Positions 19,707-29,492 of a stretch of 64,000 nt of DNA are shown piece after piece (positions within the stretch are counted from its first letter, which is position 1; each line of letters starts with the position of its first letter). This DNA comes from Sedimentisphaeraceae bacterium JB056 (GTDB taxonomy: Bacteria; Planctomycetota; Phycisphaerae; Sedimentisphaerales; Sedimentisphaeraceae). Below the pieces are notes generated by a model. That model saw only the letters and a list, made by a program, of their open reading frames with translations. It searched no databases and was not told the DNA's origin. The stretch spans positions 224,001-288,000 of the forward strand of contig JBITAJ010000022.1 in assembly GCA_044440125.1 (NCBI GenBank), in the 5' to 3' direction. The translations under genes were made by a program, and so were the position numbers.

Positions 19707-22001
19707 ATGCAGAGAAGGTTAATTAAAATCGCCGGAGCAGTTCAGGGCGTAGGTTTCCGTCCTTTTGTCTACAATCTGGCAAATCAACTTGATATTTGCG
19801 GCTACATCGCTAATACCACCGAAGGTGTCCTAATAGAAGCACAAAGCTCACCTGAAACGATAGAATCTTTCACAGAATCAGTCATAAACAGGTCTCCACG
19901 GCTTGCTTCTCCGCAATTGGTTTCATCTAAACTGATTCCTATTGTTGAAGATGACGATACCTTTGTGATAAAATGCTCGATGCATACTTCTGAAAGAAGA
20001 ATGTCTATAACGCCCGATTCTTCTGTTTGCGACGACTGTTTGAAAGAAATGCTTGATCCAATGGACAGGCGGTACCACTACCCTTTCATAAACTGCACTA
20101 ATTGCGGCCCAAGATACACTATCGCTTTTGATATTCCATATGACAGATCAAATACAACAATGTATAAATTCAAGATGTGTCCGGATTGTCAACGGGAATA
20201 TGATGACCCGGATGATAGGCGGTTTCACGCTCAGCCCAACGCATGCCCTGTTTGCGGGCCTAAAGTTTGGCTCACGGATGAAACGGGTAAGCTTACTCAA
20301 TGTGATGATCCGGTAGATGAAGCAATCAAACTACTGGAACAATCAAAGATTCTTGCAATCAAGGGATTAGGCGGGTTTCATCTTGCTGTTAGAGCTGATG
20401 ACACAGAAGCTGTTGAGCGGCTTCGCAGCCGAAAGTATCGTAAAGCAAAGGCCTTTGCTCTGATGGCAAAAAATATCGAAGCGGCTTCACAATTTGCAAT
20501 GATCAACCCATGTGCAGAGAAGCTTCTTAACGGCATCGAAAGACCGATAGTTCTATGTCCTAAAAAAGACAATGATTCTATATGCGAACCGGTTGCTCCA
20601 AAATCACATTACTGGGGCATAATGATGCCTTATACGCCACTGCATACACTTTTAATGGCAGGTAATTATCCGGCACTGGTAATGACCTCCGGCAACAACA
20701 CCAATGAAGCGATTGAGACTGATAATGATTCAGCGGTAATTAAACTAAGAGGTATTGCCGACAATTTCCTCTTTCATAATCGCGACATATATACATATTG
20801 TGACGACTCTGTGGCTGCAGTAGTTAATAACCACCCAATGATAATACGAAGAGCGAGGGGATATGCTCCACGCCCGATAGCCGTCAAGCGGCAAAGCAAT
20901 GTAGATATAATAGCGGTTGGTTCAGATTTAAAAAATTGCATAACGTTGCTTAAAGATAATCAGGCATATACCAGTCAGCATATAGGTGACCTTGAGAATC
21001 CTTCCACACATGAATCGATGAGACAAACAATAGATAAACTCAGCGCTCTTACTTTCGCACATCCTAAGGTTGTTGTATGTGATATGCATCCAGCTATGTT
21101 TTCCACACGAATTGCTAACTCAATGAAAATGCCGGTAATAAAAATTCAGCATCATCATGCGCATATCGCAGCGGTGCTTGGAGAACATCAACTCGAAGGC
21201 AGCGTTATAGGACTTGCGATGGATGGTGCCGGTTACGGCACTGATGACACAATATGGGGTTGCGAGTTTCTGCTTGCAAGCAAAAAAGAATTTAAACGTC
21301 TGGCTCATTTAGAAAGTATACTAATGCCTGGCGGCGACATGGCTGCGCGTCAAAGCTGGCGAATGGCAGTTAGCTATCTTCTGCGAAGCTTTGGATATAA
21401 GCAAGGCACACAATATGCTCTGGCTTTGCCTTTTGGTATAGATCCAGGTGATATTGAAGTAGTTATAGAAATGCTCAAAAAAGATATCAACTGCACCCCT
21501 TCTTCGGGATTAGGAAGACTCTTTGATGCGGTCAGTTCACTTATAGGAGTATGTCAAAGAAATGAATACGAAGCACAGGCAGCTATAGATCTTGAATACA
21601 TGGCAAATAAGGAAATAGGCGATGCATACGACTTTATTTCATCAAAAGAAAACAATGAATTATTGACTATTTCCGCCAAGTATGTAATTGCCGAGATAAT
21701 CGCTGACATGGAGAGAAACATTGAGACATCAATTATCAGCGCAAAGTTCCATAACGCCGTAATAAATATGTTAGAGAAAACTTCATGCCAACTTGCCGAA
21801 TCACACAACTGCAATATCATAGCACTTGCAGGTGGAGTTTTTCAGAATCGTTTCATTCTTGAAAAACTCATCTATAGACTCAAAGATAAAGGACTTGACG
21901 TATACTACAATGAAAGACTGCCTGTCAATGACGGCAGCATCTCATTTGGTCAATCAATTATTGCCGATGCAATATACGCTCAACAAAATCAGCCATCATA
22001 A
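19707..22001 (+). CDS. hypF: [NiFe]-hydrogenase carbamoyltransferase HypF
   Basis: GAVQGVGFRPF acylphosphatase domain, CxxC zinc fingers (CTNCGPR), QHHHAH. The ATG at 19707 follows GGAG; the ORF track starts at 19650. Confidence 0.97.
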   Translation: MQRRLIKIAGAVQGVGFRPFVYNLANQLDICGYIANTTEGVLIEAQSSPETIESFTESVINRSPRLASPQLVSSKLIPIVEDDDTFVIKCSMHTSERRMSITPDSSVCDDCLKEMLDPMDRRYHYPFINCTNCGPRYTIAFDIPYDRSNTTMYKFKMCPDCQREYDDPDDRRFHAQPNACPVCGPKVWLTDETGKLTQCDDPVDEAIKLLEQSKILAIKGLGGFHLAVRADDTEAVERLRSRKYRKAKAFALMAKNIEAASQFAMINPCAEKLLNGIERPIVLCPKKDNDSICEPVAPKSHYWGIMMPYTPLHTLLMAGNYPALVMTSGNNTNEAIETDNDSAVIKLRGIADNFLFHNRDIYTYCDDSVAAVVNNHPMIIRRARGYAPRPIAVKRQSNVDIIAVGSDLKNCITLLKDNQAYTSQHIGDLENPSTHESMRQTIDKLSALTFAHPKVVVCDMHPAMFSTRIANSMKMPVIKIQHHHAHIAAVLGEHQLEGSVIGLAMDGAGYGTDDTIWGCEFLLASKKEFKRLAHLESILMPGGDMAARQSWRMAVSYLLRSFGYKQGTQYALALPFGIDPGDIEVVIEMLKKDINCTPSSGLGRLFDAVSSLIGVCQRNEYEAQAAIDLEYMANKEIGDAYDFISSKENNELLTISAKYVIAEIIADMERNIETSIISAKFHNAVINMLEKTSCQLAESHNCNIIALAGGVFQNRFILEKLIYRLKDKGLDVYYNERLPVNDGSISFGQSIIADAIYAQQNQPS

Positions 22002-22669
22002 TGGCCTGCGGCCCGGCCAATCACTGACCTTTGAGAATCAAGCCATTCGTACCATTTATCGGTGTTTTCACCGGTTTTGAACGAAATAGTAAGAACAGGC
22101 ACGGTTGAATTGAGCCGCCTGATATCCGCCATTACTTTTTCCATATCAAAGTCACAAACCGAAGCAAGATCGCTCTTAGTAATAAGCACGATATCTGCAA
22201 CGCGGAATATAGTCGGGTATTTAGCTACCTTATCATCACCTTCTGGTATGCTGTACAGTACGACCTTAAGATTTTCTCCAAGATCGAATTCTCCTGGACA
22301 CACCATATTGCCGACATTCTCAATAAATATTTTATCGTAATCTTCGAGTTCCATATCATCAATCGCCGCTGCGATCTGGTTGGCATAAAGGTGGCAACTA
22401 AGACCGGTATTGATCTGTATTGATTCAGCGGCTATACTGTCAACTCTTTCCGCATCGCGTGCAGTTTCAAGATCACCAACTATTACCGCACTTTTCTGTT
22501 TGCCTTCGTTAAGCTTGGCAATGGTTTTTTCCAGAAGCGTCGTCTTACCGCTGCCTGGAGAACTTATAAGATTGAAACAAACCGTACCGGCTTGCTCAAA
22601 CAGTGTACGGTTAGTGGCTGCTATCTTGTCATTATCATCAAGTATATGTTTGATCGCTTTTATCTTCAT
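21989..22669 (-). CDS. hypB: Hydrogenase nickel incorporation GTPase HypB
   Basis: SSPGSGKTTLLE, CHL, ENVGNMVCP, EGDDKVAKYP. Confidence 0.97.
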   Translation of the reverse strand: MKIKAIKHILDDNDKIAATNRTLFEQAGTVCFNLISSPGSGKTTLLEKTIAKLNEGKQKSAVIVGDLETARDAERVDSIAAESIQINTGLSCHLYANQIAAAIDDMELEDYDKIFIENVGNMVCPGEFDLGENLKVVLYSIPEGDDKVAKYPTIFRVADIVLITKSDLASVCDFDMEKVMADIRRLNSTVPVLTISFKTGENTDKWYEWLDSQRSVIGRAAGHYDG

Positions 22670-22687
22670 AATGACTCTCCTCTATTT

Positions 22688-23041
22688 CTAATCCTCATCG
22701 GATTCACATGTTATTGAATTTAATATTATATCATCTCCATCTACAATCTCAGCATCAGCTACCTTGCAAACTGGACAGAGAAAATCATCCGGCAGCGGGC
22801 TGTAATTCTTTCCGCATTTTCGACATCTCGCTTTAATATCGACTTCAATCATATTCAGCACCGCTGATTCAGCGATTGTATCTTTTGTTATTGACTGCCA
22901 TACAGTATTGAGAAACTCGGGAACAATCTGTTTAAGTTTGCCCGCCTTGACTTCGACTTCTGTTATCCTCGTTGCCCCTTGTGACTCTGCCTCGTCAATG
23001 GCACAGTTCAATATTTGCGACGCTATTGATAATTCATGCAT
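22688..23041 (-). CDS. hypA: Hydrogenase nickel metallochaperone HypA
   Basis: MHELSIA start and two CxxC motifs. Confidence 0.95.
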   Translation of the reverse strand: MHELSIASQILNCAIDEAESQGATRITEVEVKAGKLKQIVPEFLNTVWQSITKDTIAESAVLNMIEVDIKARCRKCGKNYSPLPDDFLCPVCKVADAEIVDGDDIILNSITCESDED

Positions 23042-23049
23042 ATTAAACC

Positions 23050-24063
23050 TCAGCAAATTCTGGGAAGCTGCTCACCGTAAGGACGATATATAAGTCTTTT
23101 ACCGCCAATTGCCGTGTGCAGTTCTACATTATTATTCAAAGCAGTCATGTAACCTATTATTCTGGCATCTTTACCAAACTGATCACTACGACAGATATCA
23201 ACCACTTTTTGCGCATCATTTTTACCGGCTACAATTACGCATTTACCCTCATTAGCTACGATTAACGGATCCAAACCCAATAATTCGGCCGCATGTCTGG
23301 CAGAATGTGTTATCGGAAGACTTTCCTCTTCTACAATAATGCCCAAAGAGGTATATTCATTTATATCCGCTAACACGCCTGCAACACCAGCTCTTGTGGC
23401 ATCACGTATAAAATGAACAGCTGCCCCGCTGGCTGTTATCTTGTTCAGAAGACCATTAAGTGGTGCAACATCGCTTTTGAGTTGTGTTTGAAGAGAGAGA
23501 CCTTCACGGCAACACATTATTGCAAGCCCATGGTCAGCGATATTTCCTGTTACAATTATCGCATCACCTTCCGAAATATTTGAAGAATCAATATTGATTG
23601 AATCGTCAAGCTCACCTACACCGGCAGTATTTATGAACAAGCCTTCACCTTTAGTATTTTCGATAACCTTTGTATCACCGGTAACTATACTTACACCTGC
23701 CTTTTTCGCTGAGGAAGCAATCGAATCTATTATTCGTGCGAGCCTTTCAATCTCGAAACCCTCTTCAATTATAAGCCCAAGCGAAAGTGCCAATGGTTTT
23801 GCGCCCATAACGGCAAGATCATTCACCGTACCGCAAACTGCCAAGTTGCCTATATCGCCTCCCGGGAATTCAAGCGGTCGTACGACGTAAGAATCAGTGG
23901 TAAAGCAGATTTCCCCATCTACCTTCCCAAGTATAGCGCTGTCAGTAAGTGAACTTAGGTAGTTATTGGAAAGCCTGCTTACTATTATCTCTTTTATCAG
24001 TTCATTCGTAAGCTCACCACCACCTCCATGAGCCATTGTAATTCTACCTTTATTCATTGTCAT
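23050..24063 (-). CDS. hypE: Hydrogenase maturation protein HypE
   Basis: AHGGGG, FTTDSYVV, GTVNDL and C-terminal PRIC. Confidence 0.97.
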   Translation of the reverse strand: MTMNKGRITMAHGGGGELTNELIKEIIVSRLSNNYLSSLTDSAILGKVDGEICFTTDSYVVRPLEFPGGDIGNLAVCGTVNDLAVMGAKPLALSLGLIIEEGFEIERLARIIDSIASSAKKAGVSIVTGDTKVIENTKGEGLFINTAGVGELDDSINIDSSNISEGDAIIVTGNIADHGLAIMCCREGLSLQTQLKSDVAPLNGLLNKITASGAAVHFIRDATRAGVAGVLADINEYTSLGIIVEEESLPITHSARHAAELLGLDPLIVANEGKCVIVAGKNDAQKVVDICRSDQFGKDARIIGYMTALNNNVELHTAIGGKRLIYRPYGEQLPRIC

Positions 24064-25132
24064 GCCCTCCTCTGTTGAATCTATACCACGCCGCACATGT
24101 CCCCTCACTGCTTACCATGCAAGGTCCGAACGGATTTGCCGGAGTACATTTTGAAGCAAAAAGTGGACACTGATCAGGCGTGAGCTTACCTTGAATAACA
24201 TCTCCGCATCTACATCCGTTCTTTGGAGTATCTACTTCAATATCAAGATTATATTTAACCGCTCCATCAAAACGTTCATATTCTTTACGCAGCTTGTACC
24301 CGCTCATAGGTATCGTACCTATCGCTCTCCATGCAGAATCAGCGGGTTCAAATATCTTTTCAATTATATCAAGAGCCTTTGCATTGCCCTTGGGCTTTAC
24401 GATTTGTTGATATTCATTGTAAACACCATAATCATGCTCAATAAGCATCTTTACCGCTTCATATATCGAATCTATCAATTGTTCAGGCTCAAATCCGGCA
24501 ACAACGCATGGTTTGTGATACTGCGATGCTATATCTTTGTAAATATCTGAACCTATTATTACGCTCACATGACCGGGACAAAGAAAACCGTCTATCATAG
24601 ACTTTTGGTCTTCAAGGAGATATCTCATAGCCGGTATAAGGCGTTTATGACTGCTCAATATAGTAAAATTATCAAGTTTGCTTTTCTCTGCTTCAAGTAT
24701 CGCTGCAACAGTTGCCGCAATCGTAGTCTCAAAACCTATAGCCAGGAAAATAAATTGCTTATCGGGCTCTTCTGAAGCAAACTGTATTATATCGCGAGGG
24801 GAATACACAACACGAACATCTGCTCCTTCGGCCTTTCTGTCAGCCAGGCTCGTATCTGTTCCGGGCACTCGCATCATATCGCCGTAGGTACAGACAACCA
24901 CCTCTGGGTATTCAGTCAAAGAAATAGCGGCATCAATGTAACCTTGACAAGTCACACAAACAGGACAACCAGGACCGCTTATCAATTTGAGATTATCGGG
25001 AAGGAGGCTGCGCAGTCCGCTGCGCATTATTGAGACGGTATGTGTACCACATACCTCCATAAGACGAAATGTAGGTTTACCCTTGAGCATATCTCTGATA
25101 CGCACAAGCTTCTCACTGTTGCTTCTCTCCAT
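24050..25132 (-). CDS. hypD: Hydrogenase maturation protein HypD
   Basis: MEVCGTHT, GPGCPVCV, PGHVS, GPCMVSSEGTCAA. Confidence 0.97.
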   Translation of the reverse strand: MERSNSEKLVRIRDMLKGKPTFRLMEVCGTHTVSIMRSGLRSLLPDNLKLISGPGCPVCVTCQGYIDAAISLTEYPEVVVCTYGDMMRVPGTDTSLADRKAEGADVRVVYSPRDIIQFASEEPDKQFIFLAIGFETTIAATVAAILEAEKSKLDNFTILSSHKRLIPAMRYLLEDQKSMIDGFLCPGHVSVIIGSDIYKDIASQYHKPCVVAGFEPEQLIDSIYEAVKMLIEHDYGVYNEYQQIVKPKGNAKALDIIEKIFEPADSAWRAIGTIPMSGYKLRKEYERFDGAVKYNLDIEVDTPKNGCRCGDVIQGKLTPDQCPLFASKCTPANPFGPCMVSSEGTCAAWYRFNRGGHDNE

Positions 25133-25148
25133 TTTTATCCCTCCTGAC

Positions 25149-25370
25149 CTATTCGAGATACTTCCATATCTCCGCTGCGTCTTCAGCTCCTATCACCTCA
25201 AGTGACTGACCGGCATGTACAAGTACATAATCACCGGCTTGAGCCTCTGGTGTAAGCATTAGACTAATATTAGCAGTAGTGCCATTAAAATCTACTTTAG
25301 CTGTGCGTAAAAGTTCATTTTTATCATGATCTTCTACAGTTATTATTTTACCTGGTACTGCAAGACACAT
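25149..25370 (-). CDS. hypC: Hydrogenase chaperone HypC
   Basis: MCLAVPGK...GDYVLVHAG. Confidence 0.96.
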   Translation of the reverse strand: MCLAVPGKIITVEDHDKNELLRTAKVDFNGTTANISLMLTPEAQAGDYVLVHAGQSLEVIGAEDAAEIWKYLE

Positions 25371-25520
25371 ATTCCAGTCTCCTCTCTCTATTTCAAGTTA
25401 CCGGCTTGCGGAATAACTATATCTTAAATTACAAAGCTAAAATTTCAAACTAAAATCTGAGATTACAAATTTGCAGCTTCAGATATCAGTTTCCGCAAGC
25501 CGGCACTCTATGCTAAAAAA

Positions 25521-25985
25521 TCAACACTCAATCTCTTTAAATACGCAATTTACAAGATGGGGTATCGCTTCTTTTATCTGTGGTGTAAGCTCGGTACCGC
25601 ATTCGATACTGGCAGGTTTGATACCAACACAAGTAATCTCTTGCGGTCGACAGCCCAGAAGCTTGGTCATCTCAAAAGTATCCTTTATATTGACATCATG
25701 AAGCGAGCCAAGCCATGTTATTTTTGCTTGCTCTATATCATCAAGGGCGAATTTAACTATCGTGCCGGGCTTATAATCGCCTTCTATGGCATCAACCACT
25801 ATCACTTTCTTTCTGTTGGCTATGACATCCAGAAGATCCGCACCTGCCGTTCCACCATCATAGAGTTCAACACCTGAAGGAAGCTCTTTATTCTGCATTT
25901 CATACACAACTTTGACGCCTACTCCTTCATCGCTAAGAAGTATATTTCCTATTCCTAAGACAAGAATGGGGAATTTTTCTGTCAT
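25521..25985 (-). CDS. Hydrogenase maturation endopeptidase (HyaD/HybD family)
   Basis: LVLGIGNILLSDEGVG, DGGT, VVDA, SLH. Confidence 0.95.
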   Translation of the reverse strand: MTEKFPILVLGIGNILLSDEGVGVKVVYEMQNKELPSGVELYDGGTAGADLLDVIANRKKVIVVDAIEGDYKPGTIVKFALDDIEQAKITWLGSLHDVNIKDTFEMTKLLGCRPQEITCVGIKPASIECGTELTPQIKEAIPHLVNCVFKEIEC

Positions 25986-26009
25986 AGTTCACCTCTTGAT
26001 TTGTTTCAA

Positions 26010-27470
26010 TTACACGCCGCATGGTATCGGCATAACAGTTTCGGCCTTCTTACTGTCAGGCCTGAGCATATGAACCGAACATGCAAGGCATGGATCAAAT
26101 GAGTGTATCACACGAAGAAGCTCTATAGGCTGAGTCATATTGGCAACGGGCGTACCTATCAATGCCTGCTCCATAGCCCCATTATTACCATAATCGTCCA
26201 TAGGTGATGCGTTCCAGGCAGTAGGAGTCAAAATCTGATAATGGGCTATCTTTGCAGAACTATCGGTACTTACCCAGTGTCCGACGGCCCCGCGAGGTGC
26301 TTCTGTCAAGCCAATTCCTGATGCGTTTGCAGCAACATATGTCTTGGTATAACTTGTGACCCCTGCGGAAAGACTGTTAAGCCATCCGTTCATCGCATCA
26401 GCAACCTTTTTTGTCTCATATGCTCTGGCAGCGATTCTATCCATAGCTGATACCCCACCGGTATAATCACCGTTAATCCACATTCTCGCAAGCGGCCCAG
26501 CTTCAAAAACCTTGTTTTCATAACGAGGTGCCTTGATCCATGAATAAGCTCCAGGTTTTTCTGCATAAGTTGTAGTTTGGCCACTGACAGGATTGAGACC
26601 GGAAGGACTGCTGTACTTCGAATAACCGACATACTCTGCGATCTTGGTTATATCAAGCGGCGAATAATTAGAATTACCGCTTGTAGGATTCTCACACTTT
26701 CCACTTCTGAGAAGCTTATTTGAGCCTGTAGAATCCAAATCGAATACGCCGTAAGCTATAAGATTCTTAGATCCTTGGCCAAGTTCAAAATACTCACCAA
26801 AAGCGCCCGCTACAGTAAGAACATCTGGAATGAATACATTATCAATAAAACTCCGCAACTCACTAAGCAAAGCTCTATAAGCCGATATATTGGAACTGGT
26901 CGCTACTTCTGTACATCCGCCAGGAGCAAAGCTTGCACAGCATGGTAACTTACCGCCAAATATAGCTCCCATCTGATGAGCTTTTCGCCTCATCTCTAAT
27001 GCCTGTACGTAGTGATTAACCAACGTTGCAGCAAGATTTCCTTTAACCATATCGGGTGTTACATACCTGTTAGACCATGGAGCAATATCAAGAATACCAG
27101 TAGTATCGATATAATCCAATGCACACAAATGATAAAAATGCAGAATATGGGATTGTAAAAAGTTGGCCCCAAGTACAAGATTTCTAACAATCCTGCCATT
27201 GGCTGGAGGCGTACTATTAAAAGCACCTTCAAGTGCCATTGAACTGGCCATTGCATGAGAAACCGGACAAACACCACAAATCCTCTGTGTTATCTGAACA
27301 GCATCAAAAGCATCATGTCCCTGCAAGATTCTCTCAAAACCGCGAAACATTGTTCCTGAACTTTTGGCGGCTATTACTTTATCCTGACCGTCAACTTTAT
27401 CAACGGTTACTTCTATACTTAGGTGCCCCTCTATTCGGGTTACCGGGTCTATCTTAATTGTTGATGGCAT
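26010..27470 (-). CDS. [NiFe]-hydrogenase large subunit (group 1, compact 1a-like)
   Basis: DPVTRIEGH, L1 motif RICGVCPVSH, EAPRG, L2 motif DPCLACSVH followed by a cleavable C-terminal tail. Confidence 0.97.
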   Translation of the reverse strand: MPSTIKIDPVTRIEGHLSIEVTVDKVDGQDKVIAAKSSGTMFRGFERILQGHDAFDAVQITQRICGVCPVSHAMASSMALEGAFNSTPPANGRIVRNLVLGANFLQSHILHFYHLCALDYIDTTGILDIAPWSNRYVTPDMVKGNLAATLVNHYVQALEMRRKAHQMGAIFGGKLPCCASFAPGGCTEVATSSNISAYRALLSELRSFIDNVFIPDVLTVAGAFGEYFELGQGSKNLIAYGVFDLDSTGSNKLLRSGKCENPTSGNSNYSPLDITKIAEYVGYSKYSSPSGLNPVSGQTTTYAEKPGAYSWIKAPRYENKVFEAGPLARMWINGDYTGGVSAMDRIAARAYETKKVADAMNGWLNSLSAGVTSYTKTYVAANASGIGLTEAPRGAVGHWVSTDSSAKIAHYQILTPTAWNASPMDDYGNNGAMEQALIGTPVANMTQPIELLRVIHSFDPCLACSVHMLRPDSKKAETVMPIPCGV

Positions 27471-27500
27471 ATATTAATCTCCATTAATTGGTATTTTAGA

Positions 27501-28511
27501 TCAGTCATCTTCTTTATAAAAAGGTGTTTTCCCATCAGGGAATGTCGGCTCGGTACAGCCATGACAAGGAGTTCTTGCCTGCACACACCAGTTTACGCCG
27601 TTAGTTCCCTTAGCAGGACTATTCCATTTCAAAATAGGACAATTGGCTCTGGTACTCTTACCACGGCAACCAACATCCTCAAGACACCCAGATTCACCCA
27701 AATTGTGTGCATCCTCAGTGCTTCTATAAGGACAATGCTGGTGAACAGTATAAGCATAATAGTCCATTGGTCTTCGATTACTGTCAAGAGCAACCGTGTC
27801 GCCATTTAACAACTTAACTACAGTTCCAACAAACCAGTCTGGATGTGCAGGACAACCCGGTATATTTATAACAGTCTTTGATCGTCCCAAATAGGCTAAT
27901 GCATCTGTTACGCTCTTTGCCGCAGTGGGATTTGGGCTGGCGGCTGAAATACCTCCAAAACTGGCACAAGTTCCTATTGATATTATACTATCAGCATTCT
28001 TGCTCAAGATATCAAATGCTTCCAACATCGTAAGATGACTTCCTATATGGCAATAATCTCCGTTAGCATCAGTTGGGATAGCGCCCTCTACGACAAGTAT
28101 ATAGCCCTGAGCAGCCATAAGCGAGAAGTCAATTAAATTGACCTTTGCATCCCCATTGAGATCGTACATATCGTTAGGCTGAGAACTCAGCCAGTTGTCG
28201 CCAATCCCAATCAGCTCTTGCTCTGATGGATGAGGACCTGTTGCGCCCTTAAAGGCAAGGTCACCAGCCGATGCAATCAGAGTGGAATGATATTCCAGAT
28301 TGATCTTGTTAATTAGAAGATCATCTACGGTTGTCAGGTTGACACTGTTGAGCAGTGAAACCGAACATCCGCTGCAGCATTGTCCCTGAAGCCATATAAC
28401 TCTGGGATCTCCGCTACCCGCCAATGCCTTTTCTACAGCAGCAAAAGGCATTGTCATGGCTACACCTGTTGCTGAGGCTAATTTGAGAAATTCACGTCTG
28501 GATAAGCGCAT
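27501..28511 (-). CDS. [NiFe]-hydrogenase small subunit, Tat-exported, copy 1, with dockerin-like insert
   Basis: SRREFLK Tat signal, CSGC, GTCASFGG, PGCP, HxxC...C...C distal ligands, no C-terminal TM anchor. Confidence 0.95.
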   Translation of the reverse strand: MRLSRREFLKLASATGVAMTMPFAAVEKALAGSGDPRVIWLQGQCCSGCSVSLLNSVNLTTVDDLLINKINLEYHSTLIASAGDLAFKGATGPHPSEQELIGIGDNWLSSQPNDMYDLNGDAKVNLIDFSLMAAQGYILVVEGAIPTDANGDYCHIGSHLTMLEAFDILSKNADSIISIGTCASFGGISAASPNPTAAKSVTDALAYLGRSKTVINIPGCPAHPDWFVGTVVKLLNGDTVALDSNRRPMDYYAYTVHQHCPYRSTEDAHNLGESGCLEDVGCRGKSTRANCPILKWNSPAKGTNGVNWCVQARTPCHGCTEPTFPDGKTPFYKEDD

Positions 28512-28758
28512 TAAAAGTCTCCAAATAAGTTTTAAGAATGATGCTGATCATAGTTGCTGCTCTATTAATTTATTACACACATATAATAACTGAGGGATCA
28601 AGGCTGGAAGTGTTCTCGAAATGACCTGCCTCAACCTGATTAATTCATGGGTTTGTCTTAAATAATGAATAGCTAAATGTTGGATTACTCATAAAAACAC
28701 GTGATATATTCAATCATATTAATAAAACTTAACATAAATATATTATTGTCAGTTAGAA

Positions 28759-28801
28759 ATACGAAACCTATACCACCAAGTTCATCGATTTAGTAATATT
28801 T
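28759..28801 (-). promoter_or_regulatory. Candidate ECF-sigma promoter, copy 1
   Basis: Minus strand reads AAATATTACTAAATCGA-TGAACT-N15-CGTAT, pointing into the hydrogenase operon. Confidence 0.5.
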
Positions 28802-29273
28802 AAGCAATATTTTACAAAAATTTATCAAAAATATCGTTTTTCCGCAAAAAAAAAGACGATCACAAAGTAATATGGTTAATATTGTACATTCTGGCTGGTT
28901 TTTTGGATGAAATTTTTAAAGTAGTAAATTATTTGAAAAGAACTATTATAACTACTGAAATCAAGCTACCGACAGGCATTTTCGAGACAGTAAAAGTTTT
29001 ATTGAATGCAACGCCTATTAGTAAGGCTAATTAGAGAAATTAACGCCTGAATAAACGCATTTTAAACCACCAAATAAGCATTGAAAGGAACTATCAAGCT
29101 GGCAAAAGACCAAACTTTCACATATTTATATAACGAAGTAAATTAAGAAATGATTTCTTTGAAAAATTTATTATTTATATCGGTTTTTAACAAATCTTAT
29201 CTGTATGATAACAACTATCTATTTAAAATATAACTCTTGAAGCCATGCCTTTGATTCATATTTCATACTTCAC

Positions 29274-29316
29274 ATACGCAACATCACAAGGTAAGTTCAT
29301 CGATTCAGTAATATTT
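29274..29316 (-). promoter_or_regulatory. Candidate ECF-sigma promoter, copy 2
   Basis: Minus strand reads AAATATTACTGAATCGA-TGAACT-N15-CGTAT. The 24-bp upstream part matches copy 1 at 23/24 positions. Confidence 0.5.
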
Positions 29317-29492
29317 TGTCGATTTTTTATAAAAAAAATGATTCAAGACAGCATTTTTTAACCATTTCTTCTAAAACAACAAAATAGACACCCCATATTT
29401 TACATCTTAAGTTTCCATAATAACATTCAAATGTCAATTCTTTGTTTTTTAATTCATACAAGCACCTCTATCCAATCCCAATATGCAAAAAA

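Noticed and set aside
26070..26110. Possible selenocysteine ([NiFeSe]) hydrogenase
   Set aside because: The L2 motif is encoded GAT CCA TGC CTT GCA TGT, which gives Cys with no in-frame UGA.
28512..29492. Long AT-rich spacer considered as a CRISPR array, sRNA or hidden gene
   Set aside because: It has only two copies of a 24-bp repeat about 515 bp apart, no regular repeat-spacer period, no cas genes and no convincing ORF.
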